Below are positions 1-8,921 of a stretch of 64,000 nt of DNA, piece after piece. The stretch comes from an uncultured bacterium (GTDB taxonomy: Bacteria > Verrucomicrobiota > Kiritimatiellia > PWTM01), in the NCBI GenBank assembly GCA_900661335.1, contig CAACVY010000001.1:61379-125378 (forward strand), written 5' to 3'. The notes under the pieces were generated by a model. The model ran no database searches. It saw only the letters and a program-made list of their open reading frames with translations, and was not told the DNA's origin. Position 1 is the first letter of the stretch, and every line of letters starts with the position of its first letter. Both the position numbers and the translations under genes were made by a program.

Positions 1-179
1 GCGCGTGCCCATGTCTGCAATGGCGGCGATCAGCGATCGGCCTTCCTCCGTGCTCAGTTCTCGCGGGTCGCGTCGGTCCTCTGCGGCGGCGCGGCAGTGG
101 TGGCACACCAGGGCGCAGGCGCGAGTGACTTCCCAAATCGCGAGGAACGGCGCCTGATCGAAATGCGCTACGCGATCCA
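1..179 (-). CDS. radical SAM/SPASM-type enzyme, N-terminal part (partial, runs off window start). AhbD/HemW/NirJ-like, given the heme-pathway neighbour.
   Basis: Reverse-strand translation gives MDRVAHFDQAPFLAIWEVTRACALVCHHCRAAAEDRRDPRELSTEEGRSLIAAIADMGTR. The CxxxCxxC radical-SAM cluster motif sits 15 aa from an ATG at 179-177. The ORF lies in the same frame immediately downstream of the hemY-like stop. Confidence 0.6.
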
Positions 180-239
180 TCACGCCGGGGCCCGGCAGTG
201 AATCGGCTGGGGGGCGGTTGGGTCGGGTCGAATCACTGT

Positions 240-1700
240 TCATCGGGCGTCCACCTTGTAGCCGAAGTAGGACAACACCAGTTGAGCGGTTGCGCGGGCG
301 TATCGGACACAGTCAGCCAAACCGATGCCGCGAAACGCGCTGCCGGTGAGAAAGATCCCGGGGTGGGATGACAGAAGCCGCTCGATCCGGCCGATGCGAT
401 CCAGGTGGCCGACGTTCATCTGCGGGTGGGCACCCGGCCACGAATAGATCCAGACTCGGCGCGGCCGGGCATAGAGGCCCAGCATCCGACGCAACTCAGC
501 AAGCGTGCAATTGAGCAAATCCGTAGGATCGCGCCGAGCCAACTCTTCTTGGAAAGGACCCCCGATAAATGCACGGAGCAGATGCCAGCCGGTCGGGGCG
601 CGATCATCGAACTTTGCGGAACTCCAAGTGAGTGCCAACAGCTGAGCCCGTTCCGTCAGAGCGACCACAACTCCCACCGGTCGGCGGCGTAAAAGTTCCG
701 GGATGTCTTCATCCTGGAAGGCCAAGGCGACGACGACGGACGAAGAGACTGGGAATCGTCCGAGCTCAGTGGCAACCTCGCGCGACCACGTCGCGACCAA
801 CTTCGCCGCCACGTGTGCGGGCACGGCGAGTACGACCGCATCGGCAGTCCAGGCCTGGCCATTTGCGATGATCTGCCAACGGCCGTTCTGAGGGGCAAGG
901 GACTCCACGCGGCTGCTCAACCGAAGATCGGGCCCGAGTCTTTGTGCAAGGCGCTCAGGTAGTATCGCCATGCCGGGACGAAGGGTGCTGAACACCGACG
1001 CAGGCGCGCTGGAATTTCCGTCTCTGCGGTGGCGTCGGGCCACCTGGAGCCCCCGCATCAAACTCCGGTATCGTCGTTCGAGTTCGACGAGCTGAGGGAG
1101 AATCATGCGTGCGCTCATTTGGTACGGGTCTCCAGCGTAAATCGCGCTCAGGATGGGCCCCGCCATTCGTTCGACCACTTCCCGCCCAAGCCGGCGAGAT
1201 AGAAAAGCTCCCACGCTTTCGTCGGAGTCGGACGAGCTGGCCGGAAGGACCAGGTCGAGCGCCATCCGGGCTTTCGCGAAGGGACTGAGCAGCGGCGTGG
1301 TGAGAAAGGGCCGGATGCGAGTCGGAATTCCCATTCGAAACCCTCGAGGGAGGGGCCAAAGGCGCCCACGAAACCAAACTCGGGTTTCATAGTGATCGTC
1401 GTTGGAACTAATGACCTGGTCGCCGAGGCCGATTGCGTGGCATAACTGGATGGCGTCCGGTTTCTGGTTGAAAAAGGAATCGGGGCCAGCTTCGACAACA
1501 AATCCATCGCATTGAACTGTTTGCACCTTTCCACCGGGCCGCGGGGCCTCTTCGAACACTGTCACTTGCAGGTTCGGATCCGTTGCGAGGGTGCGCAGGT
1601 AATATGCCGTGGCTAGACCGGAGATGCCTGCCCCTACGACGACCACGCGGATAGGGCCCGCGCCAGGTGGTGAGCTTCCAATGTTGGGTGCCAGGTTCAC
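240..1700 (-). CDS. hemY: protoporphyrinogen/coproporphyrinogen III oxidase (HemY/CgoX family, FAD-dependent)
   Basis: The ORF (240..1862) contains the FAD-binding fingerprint IRVVVVGAGISGLATAYYL and PPO-like length and motifs. The 70 aa upstream of the GxGxxG look non-native. The true start is probably the GTG near 1700, which is uncertain by about +/-60 nt. Confidence 0.75.
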   Translation of the reverse strand: MNLAPNIGSSPPGAGPIRVVVVGAGISGLATAYYLRTLATDPNLQVTVFEEAPRPGGKVQTVQCDGFVVEAGPDSFFNQKPDAIQLCHAIGLGDQVISSNDDHYETRVWFRGRLWPLPRGFRMGIPTRIRPFLTTPLLSPFAKARMALDLVLPASSSDSDESVGAFLSRRLGREVVERMAGPILSAIYAGDPYQMSARMILPQLVELERRYRSLMRGLQVARRHRRDGNSSAPASVFSTLRPGMAILPERLAQRLGPDLRLSSRVESLAPQNGRWQIIANGQAWTADAVVLAVPAHVAAKLVATWSREVATELGRFPVSSSVVVALAFQDEDIPELLRRRPVGVVVALTERAQLLALTWSSAKFDDRAPTGWHLLRAFIGGPFQEELARRDPTDLLNCTLAELRRMLGLYARPRRVWIYSWPGAHPQMNVGHLDRIGRIERLLSSHPGIFLTGSAFRGIGLADCVRYARATAQLVLSYFGYKVDAR

Positions 1701-2110
1701 GATTCGCGTCAAATTACTTCGGCTTGGCAAACTTGCCAACCAGAAGTCCGACTCGGAACGGACACAACTGCCGCTACTCCTAAGTTCGCGGTCATGGGAA
1801 CCGTTACGCCTCTGAGGCGGTCCACGAATGGCCTTCGTCTGGGTTTCGACGCCACCTCCCAAAACAACGTAGGGCCCACCGATTATCGCCTACGGAACGG
1901 CCGAGCCGCCACCCACCCATCGTGCTCGACTTCATGGGCCGGACTTGGGGGCATGGGGGGCGTTTTAGCGACCCCTTGGGAGACTCTAATACGCCGCCCT
2001 CTCCATGGGCCGTGCTAAAGGGGCGCCTCATTGCGCTCATGGCTTGCCCCCGCTCCGGGAATTGCATAGAGTCACCCCGTCGGACGGTACTGATGAGAGG
2101 ATGGTCTTCC

Positions 2111-3214
2111 ATGAGAGGTTGGCCTCTTCGATGGGTGTGGGCATTCATCGTGGGGTTCACTTGGGTGGAATGGGCGGATGCAGCCGACCCATTGACCCGC
2201 AAGGAGATCCGAATCCCGGATCTACCGGGTTACCGGACCTTGAAATGCGATTTTCATTTGCACACCGTGTTTTCCGATGGTCTGGTATGGCCAACGTGGC
2301 GGGTGGAGGAGGCTTGGCGAGACGGGTTGGATGCGATCGCACTGACCGACCATATCGAGTACCAGCCTAAGACGAACGACATCCCCAGCAACCTTCAGCG
2401 GCCCGTCGACATTGCGGAAGGGACTGCTCGCGCGCGGGGAATCATTCTGCTCCGGGGCGCGGAGATCACTAAACATGCGGTCACAGGGCACTTCAACGCC
2501 ATCTTCCTGACCAACATCCCGGCGGTCGCAGACTCGGACGTTCTGGAGTCGCTTCGTCGTGCTCGGTCCCAGGGAGCCTTCATTTTTTGGAACCATCCCG
2601 GTTGGAACGTCCCGACCAACGAGCCGATTTTACGTCCGCACATCCGGACTGCAATGGCGGAGGGTTTGTTGGATGGGATCGAGCTGGCCAATGATACGAC
2701 GGTCTATACGGGTGTGTGGGATTGGGTGGTGTCCGAAGGGCCGCGGACGTGGCTCGGCAACTCGGACGCGCACGCCCCGGTCGATCCACCCTTGCCCCAG
2801 CACGCGGGCCACCGCACGATGACGCTGGTGTTAGCTCGGGAGCGCTCCGAGGCCGGCATCCGCGAGGCGCTGTTTGCAGGCCGGACGGTGGCGTGGATTC
2901 GGAGCGAACTATTCGGCCGCGAGGAGTGGTTAGGTCCGTTGGTTCGGGCGTGCATTGTGCAACATCCGGTTCATCAGAGCGACGCGAAGAATGTCCAGTT
3001 TCATTTGGAAAATGTCAGCGACATTCCTTGGACGTTACGGCGGCTCGAGGGGCCAGGACCGGCCGAGATCCTCATTCCTGCGGGGCAAACCGTCAGCGTG
3101 CGCGTGCCTGTGGCGACGGGGCAATCGGCCACCCTGGTCTACGAGGTCCGTAACGCATGGGTTGGTCCAGGAAAGTTCGTTCGGATTGAATGGATGATTT
3201 CCAGGGCGCCTTGA
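2111..3214 (+). CDS. secreted PHP-domain (polymerase/histidinol-phosphatase fold) metal-dependent phosphoesterase
   Basis: CDFHLHTVFSDG is a PHP His-x-His motif. The signal peptide MRGWPLRWVWAFIVGFTWVEWADA starts at ATG 2111, with a GAGGA Shine-Dalgarno 10 nt upstream. The upstream part of the listed ORF (1922-2110) is probably not translated. Confidence 0.65.
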   Translation: MRGWPLRWVWAFIVGFTWVEWADAADPLTRKEIRIPDLPGYRTLKCDFHLHTVFSDGLVWPTWRVEEAWRDGLDAIALTDHIEYQPKTNDIPSNLQRPVDIAEGTARARGIILLRGAEITKHAVTGHFNAIFLTNIPAVADSDVLESLRRARSQGAFIFWNHPGWNVPTNEPILRPHIRTAMAEGLLDGIELANDTTVYTGVWDWVVSEGPRTWLGNSDAHAPVDPPLPQHAGHRTMTLVLARERSEAGIREALFAGRTVAWIRSELFGREEWLGPLVRACIVQHPVHQSDAKNVQFHLENVSDIPWTLRRLEGPGPAEILIPAGQTVSVRVPVATGQSATLVYEVRNAWVGPGKFVRIEWMISRAP

Positions 3215-3245
3215 CCGCCGGGTGGAAAGGAGCAAGGTCAACAGG

Positions 3246-5642
3246 ATGAACTATCGGGCGTGCGGACTCATCGCACTGTGGGCGTTCGCCGTGCACGGCG
3301 AGACTCCGATCTGTATCTCGGGTATTTATCCGCAGTTGGCGGTATTCAACCAAGGTGGCGAATGTGGCATCGGGGCGGTCGTGCCCTGGGCAGGAAGGCT
3401 GTGGTGGATCACCTATCCACCACACCAGACCCGAGGAAGCGACGATGGGTTGTATTCGGTGGACGAATCGTTGCAGCTGGTGCGTCACCCGGAGAGCGTC
3501 GGCGGCACCCACGCCGCGCGATTAATTCATCGGGAAACACGGCAGCTTCTGATTGGCCCTTATGTGATCTCTGAGGAGGGTCGGATCCGCGCGTTGGATG
3601 TGAAGAAAATCCCTGGGCGGTACACGGCATGGGCGCGGCATCTGACCGACCCAGCTCGAAAGGTGCTGTTGTACGACATGGAGGGGGCCGTGTGGGAGAT
3701 AGACCTCGCCACGCTTGAGGGGCGTCGCCTGTTTGTCAAGCCGGTACCAGGTTGGCATGGCAAAGGCGCGTGGACAGGTCAAGGTGTGTTCGTGATCGCC
3801 AACAACGGCGAGTTTAGCGCGGGCCGAACACCGCGCGACGACGAGTTTCTATGCGCGTTGCCGCCGAAATCGCCCGAAGATGCAGGCATCCTGGCCGAAT
3901 GGAATGGGCAGAGTTGGCGCGCGATCTTACGACGGCAGTTCACGGACGTCAGTGGCCCCGGCGGTCTGGAAGGGGAGCGATCGCCAGAGGACCCGATCTG
4001 GGCGGTGGGCTGGGATACGCGTAGCCTCATTTTCATGATGAGAAAAGATGGACAATGGAGCCGTTTCCGGTTGCCCAAGGCTTCGTGGACCTACGACCCG
4101 ACGCATGGGTGGTTTACAGAGTGGCCGAGGATCCGAGCCGTGGGAGCGCGGGGCCTGATGACCATGCACGGAATGTTTTGGGATTTTCCAGTAGACTTTG
4201 GAATTCAAGCGTGCCGGGCGCCGCGGGCGATCTCGAGCTACTTGCGTATCATTCCGGACTTCTGTGAGTGGAATGGCCGGTTGGTGTTGGCGTCGGATGA
4301 TTGCTCGATCATGCAAAATCCGTTGGCCGGCAAGTCGCAGTCCAACCTCTGGTTTGGGCGATGGGAAGATCTCTTCGGGTTCGGCCCCGACGTCGCCTGG
4401 GGTGCGTTATGGTTGGGAGACCCCGTGCGGCCGGGTGAAACTTCGGATCCGTTTGCTTGGGCGAGCGGCGGACTTCGGTGCATCCATATAAGCCACAACG
4501 CATCCAGGCCTGTGGCTTTCCATTTCGAGTGCGATCGCTCGGGACGTGGCCGGTGGGAGTCGTGGACCAACATCATCGTTGGGGCCATGGGATATCGGTG
4601 GGTCGTGGTCCCGCCCCGGCCCGAAGCGGAGTGGATTCGGGTGCGAGTGAACGAAGCGGTGGACTCGGTCAGTGTGGTCGTACACATTGCGCCGTCGCGA
4701 CGGCCTGCCACCGACTTGCGTGTATTCGACGGGCTGGCTCCCGTGGAGCGGGCAGGGAAAGGCATGGGCTGGGTTCCCGCGTTGCTCCGACCGGGCGATG
4801 GCGTGCTCCATGTAAAAACTGCCATCGTGGCGCCGGATGGGACTACGAACGGCGTGCAGTATCTCGACGTGAACGAGCGCCTACAGTTCGTGGAGTGCAG
4901 GGACGAGCGGGTTCGCACCACGATGGACACCACCCAAAAGATCCTGGCGGATTGGGACTTCGACGGTGCGTCCGTGCGTGTGCGAGACCGTTCCGGTCGG
5001 GTGTGGCGCTTGCCCAAATCCTCCGCAGGTTGGGAGCGATTCGCAGGCGGCATGGTGCGGGGCGTGCGCGAAGCAGTAACCGAGCGCTATTTGGGTAGTC
5101 TTGGAGGTCTTTGGTACGAGATTCCTCGTGCAGGCGCAAAGGCTGAGCCGGACTTCTGGCGGATGAAGCCCGTGGCGGTCAATCCGTTCGCCGTCTCGGA
5201 CTTTTGTACCTGGCGTGGTTTGCTCGTGCTGGCCGGCGTGGCGGCCGGTGCAGCGACCAACCAGCACGTGTGGGCCAGTCCGAGTGGTCAAGTGGCGCTG
5301 TGGTTTGGACAAATCGACGATCTGTGGAAAATGGGTAAACCTGTGGGGGATGGGGGGCCATGGAAAGACACGTCGGTTCGTCCCGATGTGCCCTCCGATC
5401 CGTATCTGATGACTGGGTTCGACCGGAAAGTCTTGCGCCTTTCTCACCGCCATTCGGCTCCGGTGCGATTTAAGATCGAAATCCAAGAGACACATCGGGA
5501 ATTCTGGCGCCCGTACGGCATGTTTGAGGTGGCCCCGGGGCAGGAATTGGTCCATGAATTTCCAGAGGGGTTTAGCGCTCTTTGGGTGCGGGTGAGCGCA
5601 GACACCGAGACGATCGCGACAGCGCAATTCGAATATCGTTGA
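3246..5642 (+). CDS. large secreted protein of unknown function with an internal tandem duplication
   Basis: Signal peptide MNYRACGLIALWAFAVHG. GGAAAGGAG Shine-Dalgarno 12 nt before ATG 3246. The two halves share motifs: ICISGIYPQLAVF / FCTWRGLLVLAGV, FCEWNGRLVLASDD, WFGRWEDLFGFGP / WFGQIDDLWKMGKP. I recognise no family. Confidence 0.6.
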   Translation: MNYRACGLIALWAFAVHGETPICISGIYPQLAVFNQGGECGIGAVVPWAGRLWWITYPPHQTRGSDDGLYSVDESLQLVRHPESVGGTHAARLIHRETRQLLIGPYVISEEGRIRALDVKKIPGRYTAWARHLTDPARKVLLYDMEGAVWEIDLATLEGRRLFVKPVPGWHGKGAWTGQGVFVIANNGEFSAGRTPRDDEFLCALPPKSPEDAGILAEWNGQSWRAILRRQFTDVSGPGGLEGERSPEDPIWAVGWDTRSLIFMMRKDGQWSRFRLPKASWTYDPTHGWFTEWPRIRAVGARGLMTMHGMFWDFPVDFGIQACRAPRAISSYLRIIPDFCEWNGRLVLASDDCSIMQNPLAGKSQSNLWFGRWEDLFGFGPDVAWGALWLGDPVRPGETSDPFAWASGGLRCIHISHNASRPVAFHFECDRSGRGRWESWTNIIVGAMGYRWVVVPPRPEAEWIRVRVNEAVDSVSVVVHIAPSRRPATDLRVFDGLAPVERAGKGMGWVPALLRPGDGVLHVKTAIVAPDGTTNGVQYLDVNERLQFVECRDERVRTTMDTTQKILADWDFDGASVRVRDRSGRVWRLPKSSAGWERFAGGMVRGVREAVTERYLGSLGGLWYEIPRAGAKAEPDFWRMKPVAVNPFAVSDFCTWRGLLVLAGVAAGAATNQHVWASPSGQVALWFGQIDDLWKMGKPVGDGGPWKDTSVRPDVPSDPYLMTGFDRKVLRLSHRHSAPVRFKIEIQETHREFWRPYGMFEVAPGQELVHEFPEGFSALWVRVSADTETIATAQFEYR

Positions 5643-5645
5643 GCC

Positions 5646-6440
5646 GTGGAACACGTGCGCCGCGATTCGGATCGAATTGAGCAAGGTCGGTGGTGGCTGA
5701 AGGACTTGGCGCGGCAGGAGGTGGACTTTTCTTCCACCGGCCAATCCCGGGGCTGTCCTGTGCCGCCCATCCAACAACCCGTGCCGCCGGACGCGGTTCG
5801 GGTAGCACTTCCGCGATACGGCGAGTGGCCGCACGTGAGGGACATTTCGATTGTCGAAGCGATCGCTCGTCGAGAAAGTCGCCGCCAGTTCGCCTCGACG
5901 CCCTTGGAGTTGGACGAACTGGCATTTCTTCTTTGGGCGGTACAAGGAGTGCGCAAAGTGGTACACCGTGCCGCGGTGCTGCGAACGGTTCCATCGGCGG
6001 GAGCGCGCCATCCGTTCGAGACCTATGTGGCCGTGTTGCGCATAGCCGGCCTGGTTCCCGGTGTGTATCGGTACCTGCCGTTGGAGCACGAATTGGCCCG
6101 GTTGCGGACGGCGGACGCCAGGGCCCTGAGTGTGGAGTTGGCTCGGGCGGCGCTCGGGCAGCTGTTTGTCGGATATGCGGCCGCGGTGTTCATTTGGACA
6201 GCGATCCCTTACCGGACCGAGTGGCGCTACGGCGTGGCGGCCCACAAGGTGATTGCGCTCGATGCCGGGCATGTGGCGCAGAACTTGTACATTGCATGCG
6301 AGGCCATCGAAGGCGCGACTTGCGCAGTGGCCGCCTACGATCAAGTTGCCATGGACCGGCTGGTGGGCGTGGACGGGCGCGAGGAGTTTGTCATCTACTT
6401 GGCGCCGGTAGGCCACCGGCGAAGCGCTGAGGAAGAGTGA
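5646..6440 (+). CDS. SagB/ThcOx-type dehydrogenase domain protein (nitroreductase superfamily)
   Basis: LELDELAFLLWAVQG ... TVPSAGARHPFETYVAV ... LDAGHVAQNLYIACEA matches the SagB-type dehydrogenase domain pattern. There is a 4-nt gap from the upstream gene. Confidence 0.7.
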   Translation: MEHVRRDSDRIEQGRWWLKDLARQEVDFSSTGQSRGCPVPPIQQPVPPDAVRVALPRYGEWPHVRDISIVEAIARRESRRQFASTPLELDELAFLLWAVQGVRKVVHRAAVLRTVPSAGARHPFETYVAVLRIAGLVPGVYRYLPLEHELARLRTADARALSVELARAALGQLFVGYAAAVFIWTAIPYRTEWRYGVAAHKVIALDAGHVAQNLYIACEAIEGATCAVAAYDQVAMDRLVGVDGREEFVIYLAPVGHRRSAEEE

Positions 6441-6462
6441 CCCGTCGGGGCTGAATTCAAAC

Positions 6463-7326
6463 GTGGGGCACGAGCGACACTTTGAGGAGCAGTCCGTGCA
6501 GGCCGTGCTGGGTAGTCGTGCTTCGCCGTGGGCACGGCGGACGGTGAAGCTGCGAGTGGGTTGTCTGCGTGGTGTGACCACTGGGATTTTGCTGGCGCAG
6601 GTGGCCGCAGGGGGCGTAACGGTTTCCATGGGGCCGGACCCGAGCGCACCGACTAACCTCGTCCATTCCGTGGAGAAGATTGAGGGGTGGACCGTGCGGG
6701 TGGACACGCGATTGGACGAGCCACTTCACGCAGAGTTGGGCCGCCGGGCCCGCGACCAGGTCGCGTGCTCGCTTCGCAACATCAAAACCGTCGTGCCAGC
6801 GGACAAGGTGTGCGTCTTGCAACGGGTCACGATCCAAGTGGATCTCGACCATGGTCGCTTGAGGTTGCCTCAGTATCACCCTAGTCCGGTGTGGCTTCAG
6901 GAACACGGGTACGCGACCTCGTTGGTGCGGTGCGTACACGTGCCACGCGCCGAGCATCTGATCGACCCCAAAGAATTTCGCCGCGAGCCCTGGGTGCTGT
7001 TGCACGAGCTGGCCCACGCATATCACCATCAGGTGCTGGGCTACAACTATGCTCCGATCCTTGCCGCGTGGGAGAGGGCGAAGGCGTCGGGAAAGTACGA
7101 GCAAGTTTTGCATGTGTTCGGAGGTAGGACGCGCCATTATTTGCTCACGGACGCAAAGGAGTTTTTTGCCGAAATGACCGAGGTGTACTTCGGCGTGAAC
7201 GATTTTTATCCGTTTATCCGAGCGGAATTAGAGGAGTACGACCCTGAGACCGCAGCATTGCTCCGAGCGATTTGGGAAACACCACTCTCCGATTGCGCAT
7301 CCAATTCTCCCCCGACCACGCCTTAG
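6463..7326 (+). CDS. putative zinc metallopeptidase (HExxH ... E gluzincin-like motif)
   Basis: VLLHELAHAYHH (HExxH), with a downstream EFFAEMTE as a possible third ligand. 23 nt after the SagB-like gene. The N-terminal start is uncertain. Confidence 0.5.
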   Translation: MGHERHFEEQSVQAVLGSRASPWARRTVKLRVGCLRGVTTGILLAQVAAGGVTVSMGPDPSAPTNLVHSVEKIEGWTVRVDTRLDEPLHAELGRRARDQVACSLRNIKTVVPADKVCVLQRVTIQVDLDHGRLRLPQYHPSPVWLQEHGYATSLVRCVHVPRAEHLIDPKEFRREPWVLLHELAHAYHHQVLGYNYAPILAAWERAKASGKYEQVLHVFGGRTRHYLLTDAKEFFAEMTEVYFGVNDFYPFIRAELEEYDPETAALLRAIWETPLSDCASNSPPTTP

Positions 7327-7816
7327 CGGCGCCCGAACGTGCGGGCGGGCGTTTTGCGTCAGGTCAGCGAGCGTAAGGGCAGGTTTTCCGTTTGGCTAAC
7401 TGGCTCTTGCAGAGTGCGTTGCGATCAGTTGTACTCGACGTGGCCGCCTGCCACGAAGGCACAGCTCGGCATCGTGGGTCGGCTATCTTGGAATCGAGTG
7501 TTCGATGGCGCCTATTGCGTGTCGCTGCCTGGCTACCGTCGACTCCTCGAGCATTCCCCGGAAGCGCAACTGTGCAACCGTTCCACGGTACTTAAAGGAA
7601 CCGCAGCGCACTTGGGATATGTTCAGGCTTCGGCACCGCTGTGTCGGAGGCGTCGGGTCGGCATGTGCGCCGCTGTTCCGCGAGCGAGCAACGGCCAATA
7701 GACGTGGGGCTTACCGCGTGGTCTAGTTCCGTGAATCCCATCTTCCAAAAACCTGTCGATGTGGCAAGCCCCCCAAAAAACCCTAATGTTTTTTCTATCA
7801 AACCTGTGCTCTTATC

Positions 7817-7846
7817 TGTTTTGTGCGGCACAGGCCGGAGTAGAAT
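7817..7846 (+). promoter_or_regulatory. putative sigma70-like promoter in an AT-rich island upstream of the thi leader
   Basis: TTGTGC/ctgttt ... TAGAAT in the only AT-rich stretch of the spacer. The spacing is imperfect (14-19 nt). Confidence 0.25.
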
Positions 7847-7961
7847 CTAGAACCTTGGCGGCCACAGTGGGGCTCGTAAGCATGGCATCGCAGGCTTGAG
7901 CCTCGAAGAGAGGCGATCGCAGACGGAGTTGTCACACTGTTCGCGGTCGGGTAAATCGTAT

Positions 7962-8075
7962 CGCTATGCGGTTTGGGGTGCTGCCCGCTGGGCGGCTGAG
8001 AGTACACCCACAAGACCGGAACCGGGTAATGCCGGCGTCGGGAAACCGCGGTGGCTGTTTCCCCGTGATTCCCCG
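7962..8075 (+). promoter_or_regulatory. TPP (THI-box) riboswitch
   Basis: tttggggtgctgcccgctgggcggCTGAGAgtacacccacaagaccggaaccgGGTAATGCCggcgtcGGGAA... carries the conserved GGGGUGC, CUGAGA and ...GGUAAUGCC...AGGGAA elements. It is followed by the RBS GGAAAGGAG and the ATG at 8099 of a thiazole synthase. Confidence 0.8.
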
Positions 8076-8098
8076 TTCGGCTCCGGTGGAAAGGAGCA

Positions 8099-8921
8099 CA
8101 TGGAGACACATATTACGCGTGCCATTATTGACGCATACCTACGAAAGTTGAGCGACCATCTCAGTGTGGACGTGGCGGTGGTGGGAGCCGGACCGTCTGG
8201 ACTGGTCGCGGCGGGAGCCCTGGCGCGGCAGGGCTTTCGGGTCGCGGTGTTCGAACGCCAGTTGGCGCCAGGCGGCGGTGTGTGGGGCGGGGGAATGTTG
8301 TTCAATGAGGTCGCCGTGGAGTCCGACGTGGTCCCAATTTTGGAAGCGTTCGGGATCCGCGCAAAGCCGTCGGGCTCGGAGTTGCTGACGGTGGACTCGG
8401 TGGAGTTGGCATCGGGACTTATCTTCGGTGCCATCCAGTCTGGCGCGACGGTGTTCAACGCGATTACGGTGGACGACGTGGTGGTGCGTGAGGACCGAGT
8501 GTGCGGCTTGGTGGTGAATTGGAGCCCTGTTATCCGGCTTCAGATGCATGTGGACCCGGTGTGCGTGTCGGCGCGCGCCGTACTGGATGCCACGGGGCAC
8601 CAGAGTGAGGTCGTGCGATTGGCCACGACAAAAGGACGGATTCAGCTGGCGACGGAGTCGGGCGGGCTCGCTGGCGAGCGCTCGATGTGGGCGAAACGAG
8701 GTGAGGCGGATACTGTGCGCTGCACTGGACGCGTGGCGCCAGGCCTATACGTATCCGGCATGGCGGCCTGTCAGGTCTTCGGTGGGTTCCGAATGGGACC
8801 GGTGTTCGGCGGGATGTTGCAGAGTGGCCGGAAAGTGGCATCCCTGATCGCTGCGGATCTTCGCGCGGAGGGTGAGTCGCAATCCACTCAGGACTCTCCG
8901 AGGAACAGCGCGGCGATGTAA
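8099..8921 (+). CDS. thi4: thiazole synthase, Thi4 family (archaeal/eukaryotic-type, likely sulfide-dependent)
   Basis: METHITRAIIDAYLRKL...VDVAVVGAGPSGLVAA, and the whole length matches Thi4. The ORF part upstream of 8099 overlaps the riboswitch and is not coding. Confidence 0.8.

Noticed and set aside
4881-6707. 608-aa minus-strand ORF overlapping the end of the 806-aa gene and the SagB-like gene
   Set aside because: It lies antisense to two genes with clear motifs. Its composition is Arg/Pro/His-rich and non-protein-like, typical of high-GC shadow ORFs.
7339-7701. 120-aa ORF in the spacer before the riboswitch
   Set aside because: Arg/Cys/Trp-rich, with no Shine-Dalgarno or domain. Treated as non-coding.
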